DNA of 63,412 nucleotides, filler included, from Octopus bimaculoides (Eukaryota): NCBI RefSeq assembly GCF_001194135.2. It is 3 parts of 3 records of this genome, joined end to end, with 100 filler letters (N's around TTAATTAATTAA, not from the genome) between each part and the next. Parts side by side here need not be neighbours in the genome. Positions count along the whole stretch, not along the records: positions 1 to 14,417 come from NC_069002.1; positions 14,518 to 33,725 come from NC_068997.1; 1 more part is not named here. One strand, 5' to 3'. Shown piece by piece: positions 13,140 to 23,682 of this stretch (position 1 is its first letter; each line of letters starts with the position of its first letter). The notes under the pieces were generated by a model. It saw only the letters and a program-made list of their open reading frames with translations, ran no database searches and was not told where the DNA came from. The position numbers and the translations under genes were made by a program.

Positions 13140-13680
13140 ATGATAAATCATCATCAACAACATTTAACATCCGCTTTCCATGCTGACATGGGTTGGACAA
13201 CTTGACAGGAACTGGCAAGGCCAGGAGCCACACCGGGTTCCATAGACTGTTTTGGCTTGGTTTCTACAGCTGGATGCCTTTCCTAATGTCAACCACTCTA
13301 CAGAGCGTACTGGGTGCTTTTTATGTGGCACCAGCACCAGTGTTTTTTATGTGGCACTAGCACCAGTGCTTTTTATGTGGCACCAGCATCAGTGCTTTTT
13401 ACATGGCAACAGCACCAGTGCTTTTAATGTGGCACCAGCACCACTGCCTTTTACATGGCACCAGCATTAGTGCCTTTTATGCGGCACCATCACCAATGAT
13501 TTTTATGTAGTCCCAGCACCAGTGCTTTTTATGTGGCACCGGCACCAGTGTTTATTACGTATTTATAGATGATAAATCATCAACAACATTTAACATCCAC
13601 TTTCCATGCTGGCATGGGTTGGCAGGAACACGTTGACAGAAACTGGCAAGGACAGGAGCCATGTAAACCCACATACATAC
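13140..13680 (+). repeat. Two RTE-tail-like repeat copies separated by a ~22-bp minisatellite (about 10 diverged units, ~13315-13555)
   Basis: Unit approx. TTTTATGTGGCACCAGCACCAGTG; no unique spacers. Confidence 0.8.
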
Positions 13681-14332
13681 ATACATACATACACATGCAG
13701 GGGCATACACAAGTGATGGACTTCCACTACAGTTCCCATCAGCCAAATTTCACTCACAAGGCAATATTAGACAATGTGAAGCTATAGCAGAAAACACTTG
13801 CTCAAAGTGCAGCAGCACCACCATGGCATCACAAGACCCCAAAAAAGCAAAAAAAAAAAAAACACATGGTTGCAAATTGAACTTCTTAATCAGAAAACTA
13901 TGCAGGTGCCAGCTTGTTGTAACCAAATAAATCAAAGTCACCATAAGTAAATATTTATCCGACTACATGGCATCCTCAATGCAAAAATGTAAATATAATT
14001 CTGAGAATTTACTTGCAGCTGTTCAATTACAGAAAAATAATGGAATAATGAAGAATTATGGCCAGAACAATATCTAAAAGTCTTGAAGAACATGAAATTG
14101 TAAAGAAGCCAATTATATATAAATTTAAAATGTTTTTTTTTTTACTTATTTCAATCATTATCCCAGGACTTCTTTTCTTTTTTTTAAAACCGGGTATTCA
14201 TCTCTTTTTGCTGAACATCTAAGTTACAGGGATGAGAACAAACCAACATCAGTTGCCTAGCAGTAGTGGTGGATACATATATATAAACATATACAATATA
14301 TATATATAAATATATACAATATATATATATAT

Positions 14333-14370
<38 letters not shown>

Positions 14371-15114
14371 ATATATATATATATATACAATATATATATA
14401 TATATATACAATATATANNNNNNNNNNNNNNNNNNNNNNNNNNNNNNNNNNNNNNNNNNNNTTAATTAATTAANNNNNNNNNNNNNNNNNNNNNNNNNNN
14501 NNNNNNNNNNNNNNNNNACCAGCCCAAAGGTTGGGGTGGTGGGCTGCACCTGCCCACCTCGGTTGCTATGGCATTGAAGTAGATCCAGTAACCCCTGTTA
14601 ACAGGGACAAAACCCAGATTTAAAACACTGGATGATGATGATGATGATACTCAGGGAAAAAAGTTCTGAGTGCATTAAAGCTTATGAGAAGACCAACTTT
14701 ACATACAAGCACAAACACACATTAATATATATACATGTGTATATACAACAGGCTNNNNNNNNNNGCTAGTTTTCCACCACATTTCTTAAAAATCATGGTA
14801 GAGGCCTTAGTCTCGAGACCACTCATGTCTAGAAAATGAGGTTGGGGGGGAGGTAAACAAGGGCATGCTCCCTGTAAAAAATCCAGCCCCATGAAAGCCT
14901 CATGATAACAAGGGAGACTGAGCACCAACCAGCCCAAAGGTTGGGGTGGTGGGCTGCACCTGCCCACCTCGGTTGCTATGGCATTGAAGTAGATCCAGTA
15001 ACCCCTGTTAACAGGGACAAAACCCAGATTTAAAACACTGGATGATGATGATGATGATACTCAGGGAAAAAAGTTCTGAGTGCATTAAAGCTTATGAGAA
15101 GACCAACTTTACAT

Positions 15115-15338
15115 ACAAGCACAAACACACATTAATATATATACATGTGTATATACAACAGGCTTCCATAAATTCACTCACAAGGTATTAACTGACCCAG
15201 GCCTATAGTAAAGGATACCAGCCCGCAAAATGTTTTTCCCCACGAGAGTTCCGGACCCCAGTAATGAACGCATTGGCATACTGCCAATCAAAGCTCACCA
15301 TTAAAATCCACATACTTTGTACTATTACAGTACAGCCA
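15115..15338 (+). repeat. 224-bp direct repeat, copy 1 (copy 2 at 16936-17159)
   Basis: Ungapped match with roughly 20 scattered substitutions, so a real duplication rather than an assembly echo. Confidence 0.85.
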
Positions 15339-15436
15339 AGGTTTCTTTTTTTTTGTGGGGGGGGGGCGGTTTTTTGGTAAAAAAATGTGCATCTAATAAG
15401 CCATCAAATACTGTCATTTCAATTTATAATACTCAC

Positions 15437-15599
15437 CCACATTCCGAGAGCAAATATTACAGTATCTACATAGTGATAATGCATGACAACTGTTCACTGA
15501 AGAACATAGAGCACAATCTGGGTATGTGTACTGTCTACAACAACCAACTGCAAGGATAATCAGAGCAGCAAGGATTGTAATTATTATTATGTTCTTCAT
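15437..15599 (-). CDS. Cysteine-rich peptide, first coding exon: MKNIIIITILAALIILAVGCCRQYTYPDCALCSSVNSCHALSLCRYCNICSRNV(G)
   Basis: Exon 15638-15437 bounded by a long polypyrimidine acceptor TTTTATTTTACAG and donor G|GTGAGT; ATG in AAAT-ATG context; basic-hydrophobic N-terminus; 8 Cys in this exon. Confidence 0.75.
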
Positions 15600-15833
15600 A
15601 TTTATGTCACTGTCTGCACACTGAAACTTACTCAATGTCTGTAAAATAAAAAATAAATAAATAAATAAAAAACAAGAAAAAACAATTGCAAATATAAGTC
15701 TCCTGCTTGATTAGGGTTTCAAAAATTGCAGAACTGAAACAAAATTAAAAGACACAGGAAAATCACAATGATGAGCATAGGTATGAACGAACACACATAT
15801 ACACACACACAATCATGTGTGTATATGCATATA

Positions 15834-16081
15834 TTGGGTTGGTGCATAATTATTGCGGCTTTTTTTTCAACAAATTTTATTCAACAAAAATAATAACAAT
15901 ATTTAACAAAAATATCTTTAAATGACCGTCTGCCAAGCAAATGGGAAGCAGTAATTGAAGTAAATGGCGAATATGTTCCGGAATAATCATTTAAAGAATG
16001 TATTTGTTAAATATTGTTATTGATTTTGTTGAACAAAATTTGTTGAAAAGAATAAGCCGCAATAATTATGCACCAACCCAA
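15834..16081 (+). mobile_element. Mariner-derived MITE, 248 bp, TA target duplication
   Basis: TIRs TTGGGTTGGTGCATAATTATTGCGGC.../...GCCGCAATAATTATGCACCAACCCAA; retains a transposase C-terminus LPSKWEAVIEVNGEYVPE* (15930-15986). Confidence 0.9.
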
Positions 16082-16935
16082 TATCCATATACCTATATCT
16101 TTAGATAGAAAGAGAGAGAGAGGCAGACAGGTAGATAGAAAGATAGATAGATAGGTAGGGAGGGAGAGAGAGCCTTGTGAAGTGGATCTTGTTGACGAAA
16201 ACTGAAAAAAGTCCATCGTAGTTTGCATAAAAGGAAAGGAAAACACGGATCTTTCTGATTTGGCGAAAACACATTATGCCATCCAAATATAAAAGCATTT
16301 TAAAAACTAAAAAAAAAAAAAAAAAGATTATGGTTAGGACATTTATTCAAAGTAGGCTACCTCAACTTCCACTATTGGCTCAACACAGCTCTGATACTGA
16401 GGGCATGCATTCCTCACTGTATCCGAGGGAAGATCTTTGAACACCACTTTGAAGGGTTTAGTGAAACCAATAAGCCCTAGTACTTAGATTACAGAAAGGG
16501 AGTGTCAAGCAGTGATAAGTAAAGTTGTAATGTTATTATCAGTCCAAATATGCTTGAGGCACGTTCGAACCAGTTACTCACTGCATTTTCAGCGGCACCT
16601 ACCCTAGTGTCCATGACTGAAGAGGAGATAACTATTCTGAAATGCGTGCAGCTCATGGTCTGGGTAGGTGGCGCTGCCTGCTGATATAGGTGTATACACA
16701 CCATTTGTCGACAAACGGGATATATTTTCTATGACAAAACACAGGGAGTAGCTTGTTCACTGATTTGAACGTACCCCAAGCATATTCGGACCGATAGTAA
16801 CATTACAACCTAGTACTTAGGTACTAGTTTTTTAAAGTCTGGTACTTATACTATCAGTCACTTTTAGCAGAACTGCCAAATTATGGGGACGTAAACAAAC
16901 CAACACTGGACATCAATGGTGGTAAGAGGAAAAAC

Positions 16936-17159
16936 ACAAGCACAAACACACATTAATATATATACATGTGTATATACAACAGGCTTCCATAAATTCACTC
17001 ACAATGTATTAACTGACCCAGGCCTATAGTAAAGGATACCAGCCTGCGAAATTTTTTTCCCTACAAGAGTTCCGGACCCCAGTAATGAACTCATTTCGAT
17101 ACAGCCAATCAGAGCTCACCTTGAAAATAAACATACTGTGCACTACTACAGTACAGCCA
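16936..17159 (+). repeat. 224-bp direct repeat, copy 2
   Basis: See 15115-15338. Confidence 0.85.
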
Positions 17160-18094
17160 GTCAGGCATAGAATGGTGTATGCCACTCTGTGAGTACAGCA
17201 TAGCAGGTTTCACATAAGCACCACATTCACCCACCCCCCACCATCAGTCCCCATGTCCGGTTACAAGGCCGCCTAGGCTGGTGGGAGGGAGGGAGGGTGG
17301 ATCGTATCCTCAAACTGGAATCTTGGCTCGAATGCTTGCAACAGAGTGGACTGTAATATGGATGCAAATGGCGCCAGCTGGTGGTGTTAGGACAAGTGAT
17401 TGGTTAAAAAGTCAACCACCTAAGTAGGCCATGGTGAGACCCGAACTCAGGACGCAAAGAACTGGAACAAAGTATTGCAAGACATCCGGCCGGACACTCT
17501 TACAGTTCCACCAGTCCACTATCTTAGATTTGTAAGTGTCCGCACCCACCATTTTTTTTTCCACCCTAAACTCCGGTGTAATCATGATCTATATCATTTG
17601 AAAGGTATTTGTAAAATAATATTTCATTCAAAAACACCAATCTTTCTTTGTAAAAGAATATTTCATTCAAAAACACCAATCTTTCTAAGTTATGAGGAAA
17701 CGAAGTCGGAAGTAAGGACGTTTTAGCAGCGTTATTAGCTCCCGAGTAAACGAATGCACTGGGCCCTATAATAAATATTCATTGACAGCAAACCACAGAT
17801 TATATGAATTAGAAATGAGTCCCAAGACCAGTGAGGCCCACGGGCAACTTGTTCAGTGTGCCTTAGTCTTAAGACGGCGCAAGTCGGGGTGGGGAGCACA
17901 CTTGTGTACCCATGTCTAAAATCTACATATTAAATTACATTTAAGTTGATATTTTATTGGGTACATTTATTAATTGTTATCAATGTCCTGATTATGTAGT
18001 TACAAATATTTAGTTATAGACGCTCCACATTAATTTGAACATAACTGACGCCGCCATTCATGGTCTAATAACAATATTGACGAACTCAATATTA

Positions 18095-18410
18095 ATAATT
18101 CTCTACCAAGGGCACAAGGTCTGAAATTTAGGGAAGTGAGGAATTAGTCAATTATGACTAGCCCATTGCCCAACTGGTACTTTATTTTAACGACCTCGAA
18201 AGGATAAAAGGCAAACTAGACCTAAGCGAGATTTGAACTCATAGCGTAAGGAGCCGAAATAAATGTCTTAATATCGATAATAAGTGTTTCTATTATAGGC
18301 ACAAGGCCAGAAAGCTTGCAGGAGGGGAGCTAGTTGATTACATCGACGCCAATGCTCAACTGAGTTATTTCATCGACTCCGAAAAACTGAGTGGCAAGTT
18401 CGATCTCTGC
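18095..18410 (-). mobile_element. Two adjacent degenerate SINE family A copies
   Basis: GGCACAAGG...GAAA motif twice with ATCGAC/GAAAGGATAAAAGGCAAA core. Confidence 0.7.
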
Positions 18411-19477
18411 TAAAACATTTTCCATAGCACTTCAGGCTAACGACAGAACTTGATCGCCCGACCTGTAAGAAATAGCAGTCTATTTACCTTCAAATCATAC
18501 CAAATTGTTCTAAATAAAGAAGGCTGTAGTAAGCAAAGTAGCCACTGATGTACAAAAGGACGGGATGGTCACAACTGGAATGCCTATGACCTTAGGTTTT
18601 CTTGATCGGGGTTGACCTGGTGCAAAGCAAGCAGGGTGGGAGGCAAGTGTATAAATAGATAAACAGGTAAACAAATGCATGTATAAATAGATACACAGAT
18701 GTATGTATAAATAGATTAATATCAGCTATGTAAATAAATAGGTATACAGAGAGATAAGTATATATGTGTGTAAAAAAATAGATGACTAGATGTACAGAAA
18801 GTTCTGTCGGTATAAAATGTTACAATTTTCACATTATTTAGATATCAAAAAAGATGAATTTTCAAGAAATCTTTGCAGTAATAATAATTTTAAAACATAT
18901 AAACGAGGAAGAACGAAGAGAGGCCAGAAAATCCAACTTACGACGAAATTCACCTTGTTTGTTGTCTCTAAACGTTTCTAGCGACGCGTAATGGATTCAT
19001 AAAAGGATAAGTCAAATCCATTTTTGTTCTGTATCATATTCCCCGCCACATTAAAAAAAATCTTTCACTTGTTTAAGTCATCGGACCGTAGTATCATCTT
19101 GAAGGGTTTACAGTCGAACTAGTACTTTTTTGTTTTTTTAAACTTGTTATTTATCTTATTGATATCTTTAACCGAACCACTACATTACAGCAATTTAAAC
19201 AAACCAGGCCCCTGTTGCCAAGAAGTAAGTGGAGGTTAAACACAAATTTACTTGATTAAACACTTCACTCTACAAATGAAGCGGCTATCGATGTTAGTCT
19301 TCGCCACATCTACGCGTTTCAATGTTGTCCATAATTTCAGTCGTCGTAATGTAACCAATTCTTCCTACAATCGAAGTCCTTACCTCTTCACATCAATTAG
19401 CATTATATAATCTCGCCGCACTGATAACTCCAACGTGCTGATATATTTGCCACCACACACACACGCACACGCACATA

Positions 19478-19965
19478 TCTTCAAATATGAATGAGAAGAA
19501 ACCCGAGGAATATAAGCAATATCGAACATACATACACAAGGTTCGTGGGTAGGCTGCGATTATAAGCGTGAGAGAATATATTCTCATCAATTCGTCTGTT
19601 GTTAAAATACCTGAAGTCACAGACAAGCAAGATAACTCGCACCAGGTCCCGTTACAGGGGCAGTAGACATTGATGTTTCATGATTTTTATGATTTGTCAA
19701 TACCGTGTACTCGAAACGAGATCAGATACATGTTAAATCGCTATCTATGACTATATGCAAAATGGTATGAGAATCATCTGCTGGTATGTCCCAACGATTC
19801 ATACCAGAGAAAAACATTCAAATATGAGTAAGAAGCAGCCCGAGGGATATAAACAATATCGAATAATCATATACAAGGTATGTATTTTGGCAGTTCGCGG
19901 GCAGGCTGCAATTATAGGCATAAGAGAATATATTCTCATCAATTTGCCTAGTGTTAATATTCGAA
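19478..19965 (+). repeat. Two diverged ~140-bp direct repeats (19478-19615, 19817-19965)
   Basis: TTCAAATATGA...CCCGAGG.ATATAA.CAATATCGAA...CAAG...GAGAATATATTCTCATCAATT in both. Confidence 0.85.
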
Positions 19966-20101
19966 TTCGTACGTCGGATGTCTGTTCAAATTATGAAACG
20001 TTGATCATGTTCTCTGCGCCCTTGCTTCCAGACATCCTGCAACTTACATCTGTATAACCCCTGTATAACTTGTTTTATTCATTTGACTACGGCCAAAATT
20101 A

Positions 20102-20183
20102 TGCCCCAGGTGAAGATCGAACTCACGACCTTCAGATTCCTCTTGATTATGAGACTGACGCGCTGCCAGCATGCCACTTACAC
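20102..20183 (-). pseudogene. tRNA-Met(CAT) relic with a 10-nt insertion at the canonical 37/38 intron position
   Basis: ...GGCAGCGCGTCAGTCTCATA[ATCAAGAGGA]ATCTGAAGGTCGTGAGTTCGATCTTCACCTGGGGCA; the 3' two-thirds match elongator tRNA-Met; the 5' acceptor strand is degraded. Confidence 0.75.
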
Positions 20184-20779
20184 TCTGTCGTCTTACTTAT
20201 CCACAGCGAATGTACATGATCTCAACGGCAGACTCATTTGGCCTCTGCACTTCTTTTCAAGGCACTTTACACTGCATGCACACTTCTGTTAGACGTTTTT
20301 CCCCAATTTTGAACGTTCTTCAATTTTCTCAGAGTGCATATTCCTGCAATTGTTCTTGTTATCAATCTTTTACTTTCGAAAAATTATTTTGAAGGAGAGT
20401 GACGTACCAAATACCTAAGCCAAGATTCAAAATCAAACCCACAATTTCAAATAAGTCACCGGCCTGTTGTTTTTGCTTTTTGCACTAAGAGATTAATGAG
20501 AATAAGCTGACCTCTTGGTTGGGTGACGGCATTCATCACCAATGAGCGGAGGGTGCGAACCAAAGGGGCCGCGGAGACGTTGGTAAAATGTGTACGTAGA
20601 GAGATGATGTTGACGTTAAGAAGATGGAGATTGCTGTTGGAAGAGTGTTGAGTCTCCATGTGGCTGCTGTTGCCGTCGCTGGAACTGGCTGTGAGCTCTG
20701 TGGTCAGTGGCTAGATCTCGGAAGGTCTGGAGCCGAAAGAACTCGGGACGGAATTTTAGAAAAAAACTGTCTCACGTGA

Positions 20780-20870
20780 CTATCTGAAAGCTGCGATTGG
20801 TTGGGTTGCATCTTGGTGCACAATAGAGCAGGAGACAAATTGCGCCAATACCAACCAATCAGAGTAGTGG
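20780..20870 (-). promoter_or_regulatory. Candidate promoter: E-box (TCACGTGA) plus three CCAAT boxes
   Basis: CTCACGTGACT, GATTGGTTGG, GCCAATA and ACCAATCAG clustered next to a locally GC-richer unique segment (20520-20760). Confidence 0.4.
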
Positions 20871-21045
20871 ATACAACAGGGTCCAAAGGCTAGCTGTTAT
20901 CTACTACGTCCGTATTCATGTATATATAACAGAGAGAGAGAAGTTTCCCTTAAGTCGTTCGCTACAAAATACAGCCTAAAGGTAGATAACTGAGAAAGAC
21001 TTGAAGGTTAACGGAAGATAGTAATCATGTAAAGTAAATATAATA

Positions 21046-21461
21046 AAAAATAATCCAGAAACCTCGTCCTGTACCGGCTCGATCTCAAAATATAAGCAGT
21101 TCTTACCAGTCACGAGACCAAACATCCCTGAAAGTTTCATACGAATCCATCCAGAGGTTCTTGAGATATCTTGTCCACGGACAAAGAAACAAACAGGACT
21201 GAAACAATACCTCCGCCTCTGCTAAGGCGGATGTAATAATAATAATTCAAGAGGACTTAGAGTGCGGAAACCTCCGCTAAGGCAACACCAACGTCCTCTC
21301 AATGATTAGCCGGAGATGATATTTAAAATAAGAAGATCTGAAATAAAGTCAACTACTTTTACAAACGAGGATACTAAAAATGAACCCAACCGCTTTCAAA
21401 AATTAAGTTAAATAACTGGAAAAATAATCCAGAATCCTTGTCCGCTACCTGATCGATCCCA
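21046..21461 (-). mobile_element. Helentron-associated (HINE/DINE-like) non-autonomous element, tail-to-head junction
   Basis: Minus strand reads ...GCCTTAGCGGAGGTTTCCGCACTCTAAGTCCTCTTGAA-TTATT-ATTACATCCGCCTTAGCAGAGGCGGAGGTATTG...; short hairpin CCGCCT/AGGCGG; both outer ends stop in homologous AAAAATAATCCAGAA sequence. Confidence 0.6.
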
Positions 21462-21539
21462 ATGGTAGTCATAGAATGTGAAGGTGGATGCGCGGGCCGT
21501 GGTTGTAATGCTCTGTGTATGTCGTCTACAATGGGAACA

Positions 21540-21790
21540 GGGACAGTTTTCTCTATGAAGGCCTTTTTTTAATCTATCCACTGACATTATGTTTTCACGA
21601 CCATTAAGGTCTATAGTGAAAAATCTATCCGTGCGTGAAAGAAAACGTAAAGGACTTGCATACGGTGTTGTTAACAGAGGTTTATCAACATCGTTGCGTA
21701 CAAAAACGTGATCTTGATTTTGTTTACCTTTTGGGCTTCCCTCATTATCACATGGATGCATAGAGGAGTCCATGTCTTGTATGTTTTCTT
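21540..21790 (-). mobile_element. Ty3/Gypsy integrase C-terminal fragment
   Basis: HVFVRNDVDKPLLTTPYASPLRFLSRTDRFFTIDLNGRENIMSVDRLK resembles the GPY/F-module end of Gypsy integrases. Confidence 0.75.
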
Positions 21791-22256
21791 CTAGCGTTGT
21801 TTGTTCTGTAGTAGTAGTAGTAGTAGTTGTTGTTGTTTGTTTGCGGAAAGACGTACCTCACAAACAGCCCACACAAGCTCACCGTTCAGAAATCGATGCA
21901 GGTGGCGTAAACTAAGACCGTGTCTGACCGTTAAAAGTTAGAGCATACCTAGTTCGTTACCCAGAGGGTGTGACAATAGACTGGCGATAATAAAAGTAAA
22001 ATAAAACACGCAGCTATATGTAAAAAATAAAAAAATACCCCAGGGGGGAACAAAAGCGGGGAAATACGAGTTAGTTCTAAACTGGCTCACTGCAAACTGA
22101 CACTTCAGCAATAAGAGCTGTTAACTTCAACCGGTCTTTACTTATCACACACAAAATAACTCACGCTTAGGAAAAAATAAAAAGAGAAACAGCAAACAGA
22201 AATAATAAGGTAAGTTTCATGAGCGTTCACTCTACTTCTTTATCATTATTATAATC

Positions 22257-22389
22257 TTTCTCCGTTTTCTTCCTCTGTTTAGAGGAACTTTCCTACCTTT
22301 TCGGACAAAACCTTTTGTAACCTTCGTCCTGTCTTTGTCCTTATATGTTTTTAATTGATATTAGCCCTTGTGGCCAATAAAACGAATTA
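22257..22389 (+). mobile_element. 5'-truncated retroposon 3' end with 15-bp TSD
   Basis: ATCATTATTATAATC at 22242-22256 and 22390-22404; absent from copy B; ends AGCCCTTGTGGCCAATAAAACGAAT. Confidence 0.85.
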
Positions 22390-22490
22390 ATCATTATTAT
22401 AATCATTGTCATTGTTTTCGTTGTTGTTGTTGTTGTTATTGGCGTCAGCGTCAAGTTAAGGTATAGGTTTTAAAGACGGCAGCTCAGAAG

Positions 22491-23682
22491 TGTAAGATAC
22501 GACCGACGTCGGGGGCACCAATTGTAAGGGACGACCGTGCGAACTCAAAAAGGATAAATGGTGACGAATGGAAAAACAGGACTCCTTTTATATAAACGTG
22601 TCACACGGTCGAACATACAAATATATATCAAAGATGATATACATGATATGTTATGCGACGATAACATAGATGACCAGTAATGAAAGACCACAACCGTATT
22701 AGATGAATAACAGAGATATTTATTGTAGTGTTAAAGATGTATGTCTGTGTGAGAGTGTGAATGCGACATATAAGAACATAATCAAAGACAGGCCGTCATA
22801 CAAAGAAAAGTGTGTACGTGAGTGATACATGTGTGTATGAGTGTTTACAGCAGATAGAAAGAGAGTCAATAACACGTGAACAATTATACCAGTTCGTTAG
22901 TACNNNNNNNNNNNNNNNNNNNNNNNNNNNNNNNNNNNNNNNNNNNNNNNNNNNNNNNNNNNNNNNNNNNNNNNNNNNNNNNNNNNNNNNNNNNNNNNNN
23001 NNNNNNNNNNNNNNNNNNNNNNNNNNNNNNNNNNNNNNNNNNNNNNNNNNNNNNNNNNNNNNNNNNNNNNNNNNNNNNNNNNNNNNNNNNNNNNNNNNNN
23101 NNNNNNNNNNNNNNNNNNNNNNNNNNNNNNNNNNNNNNNNNNNNNNNNNNNNNNNNNNNNNNNNNNNNNNNNNNNNNNNNNNNNNNNNNNNNNNNNNNNN
23201 NNNNNNNNNNNNNNNNNNNNNNNNNNNNNNNNNNNNNNNNNNNNNNNNNNNNNNNNNNNNNNNNNNNNNNNNNNNNNNNNNNNNNNNNNNNNNNNNNNNN
23301 NNNNNNNNNNNNNNNNNNNNNNNNNNNNNNNNNNNNNNNNNNNNNNNNNNNNNNNNNNNNNNNNNNNNNNNNNNNNNNNNNNNNNNNNNNNNNNNNNNNN
23401 NNNNNNNNNNNNNNNNNNNNNNNNNNNNATATAGCGTTAAGAGGGCTCCAAATGCCTTCAGAATTTTACTCCATCACGTGACCTTATTAGGGGCCGTGAT
23501 TGGTCAGTTTGCGTTCTGGCGGGAACGGTTCGAAGAAGTTGCCGATTCGAATAATGATCAGTCACGTGATGGACAAGGAATGGGTTCTCTACTACGCTCG
23601 CATTTATTTATATTTAAATGAGAAGATTGTATGTAATGGCGATAGTAGTTTGTATCTAATGGCGGGAGGTAGTTTTACTACA
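22491..23682 (-). mobile_element. Solo LTR (Ty3/Gypsy-like), contains a 525-nt gap
   Basis: TG...CA termini, 4-bp TSD GAAG (22487-22490, 23683-23686), empty site in copy B; U3-like inverted E-boxes, CCAAT and TATA-like motif on the minus strand. Confidence 0.75.

Noticed and set aside
13315-13555. Regular ~22-bp repeats superficially like a CRISPR array
   Set aside because: No unique spacers, eukaryotic context, lies inside a retroposon copy; a minisatellite
14462-14473. TTAATTAATTAA between N runs (also 33770-33781)
   Set aside because: Identical 12-mer centred in two ~100-nt gaps, with stops in all six frames; a scaffolding spacer, not biology
14518-14754. Exact copy of 14928-15164
   Set aside because: Apparently identical and bounded by gaps on both sides; most likely an unmerged contig overlap
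20456-20659. ORF METQH... with NLHLLNVNIISLRTHF resembling a LINE endonuclease start
   Set aside because: Similarity does not continue into the expected ETW motif; kept only as possible 5' exon sequence
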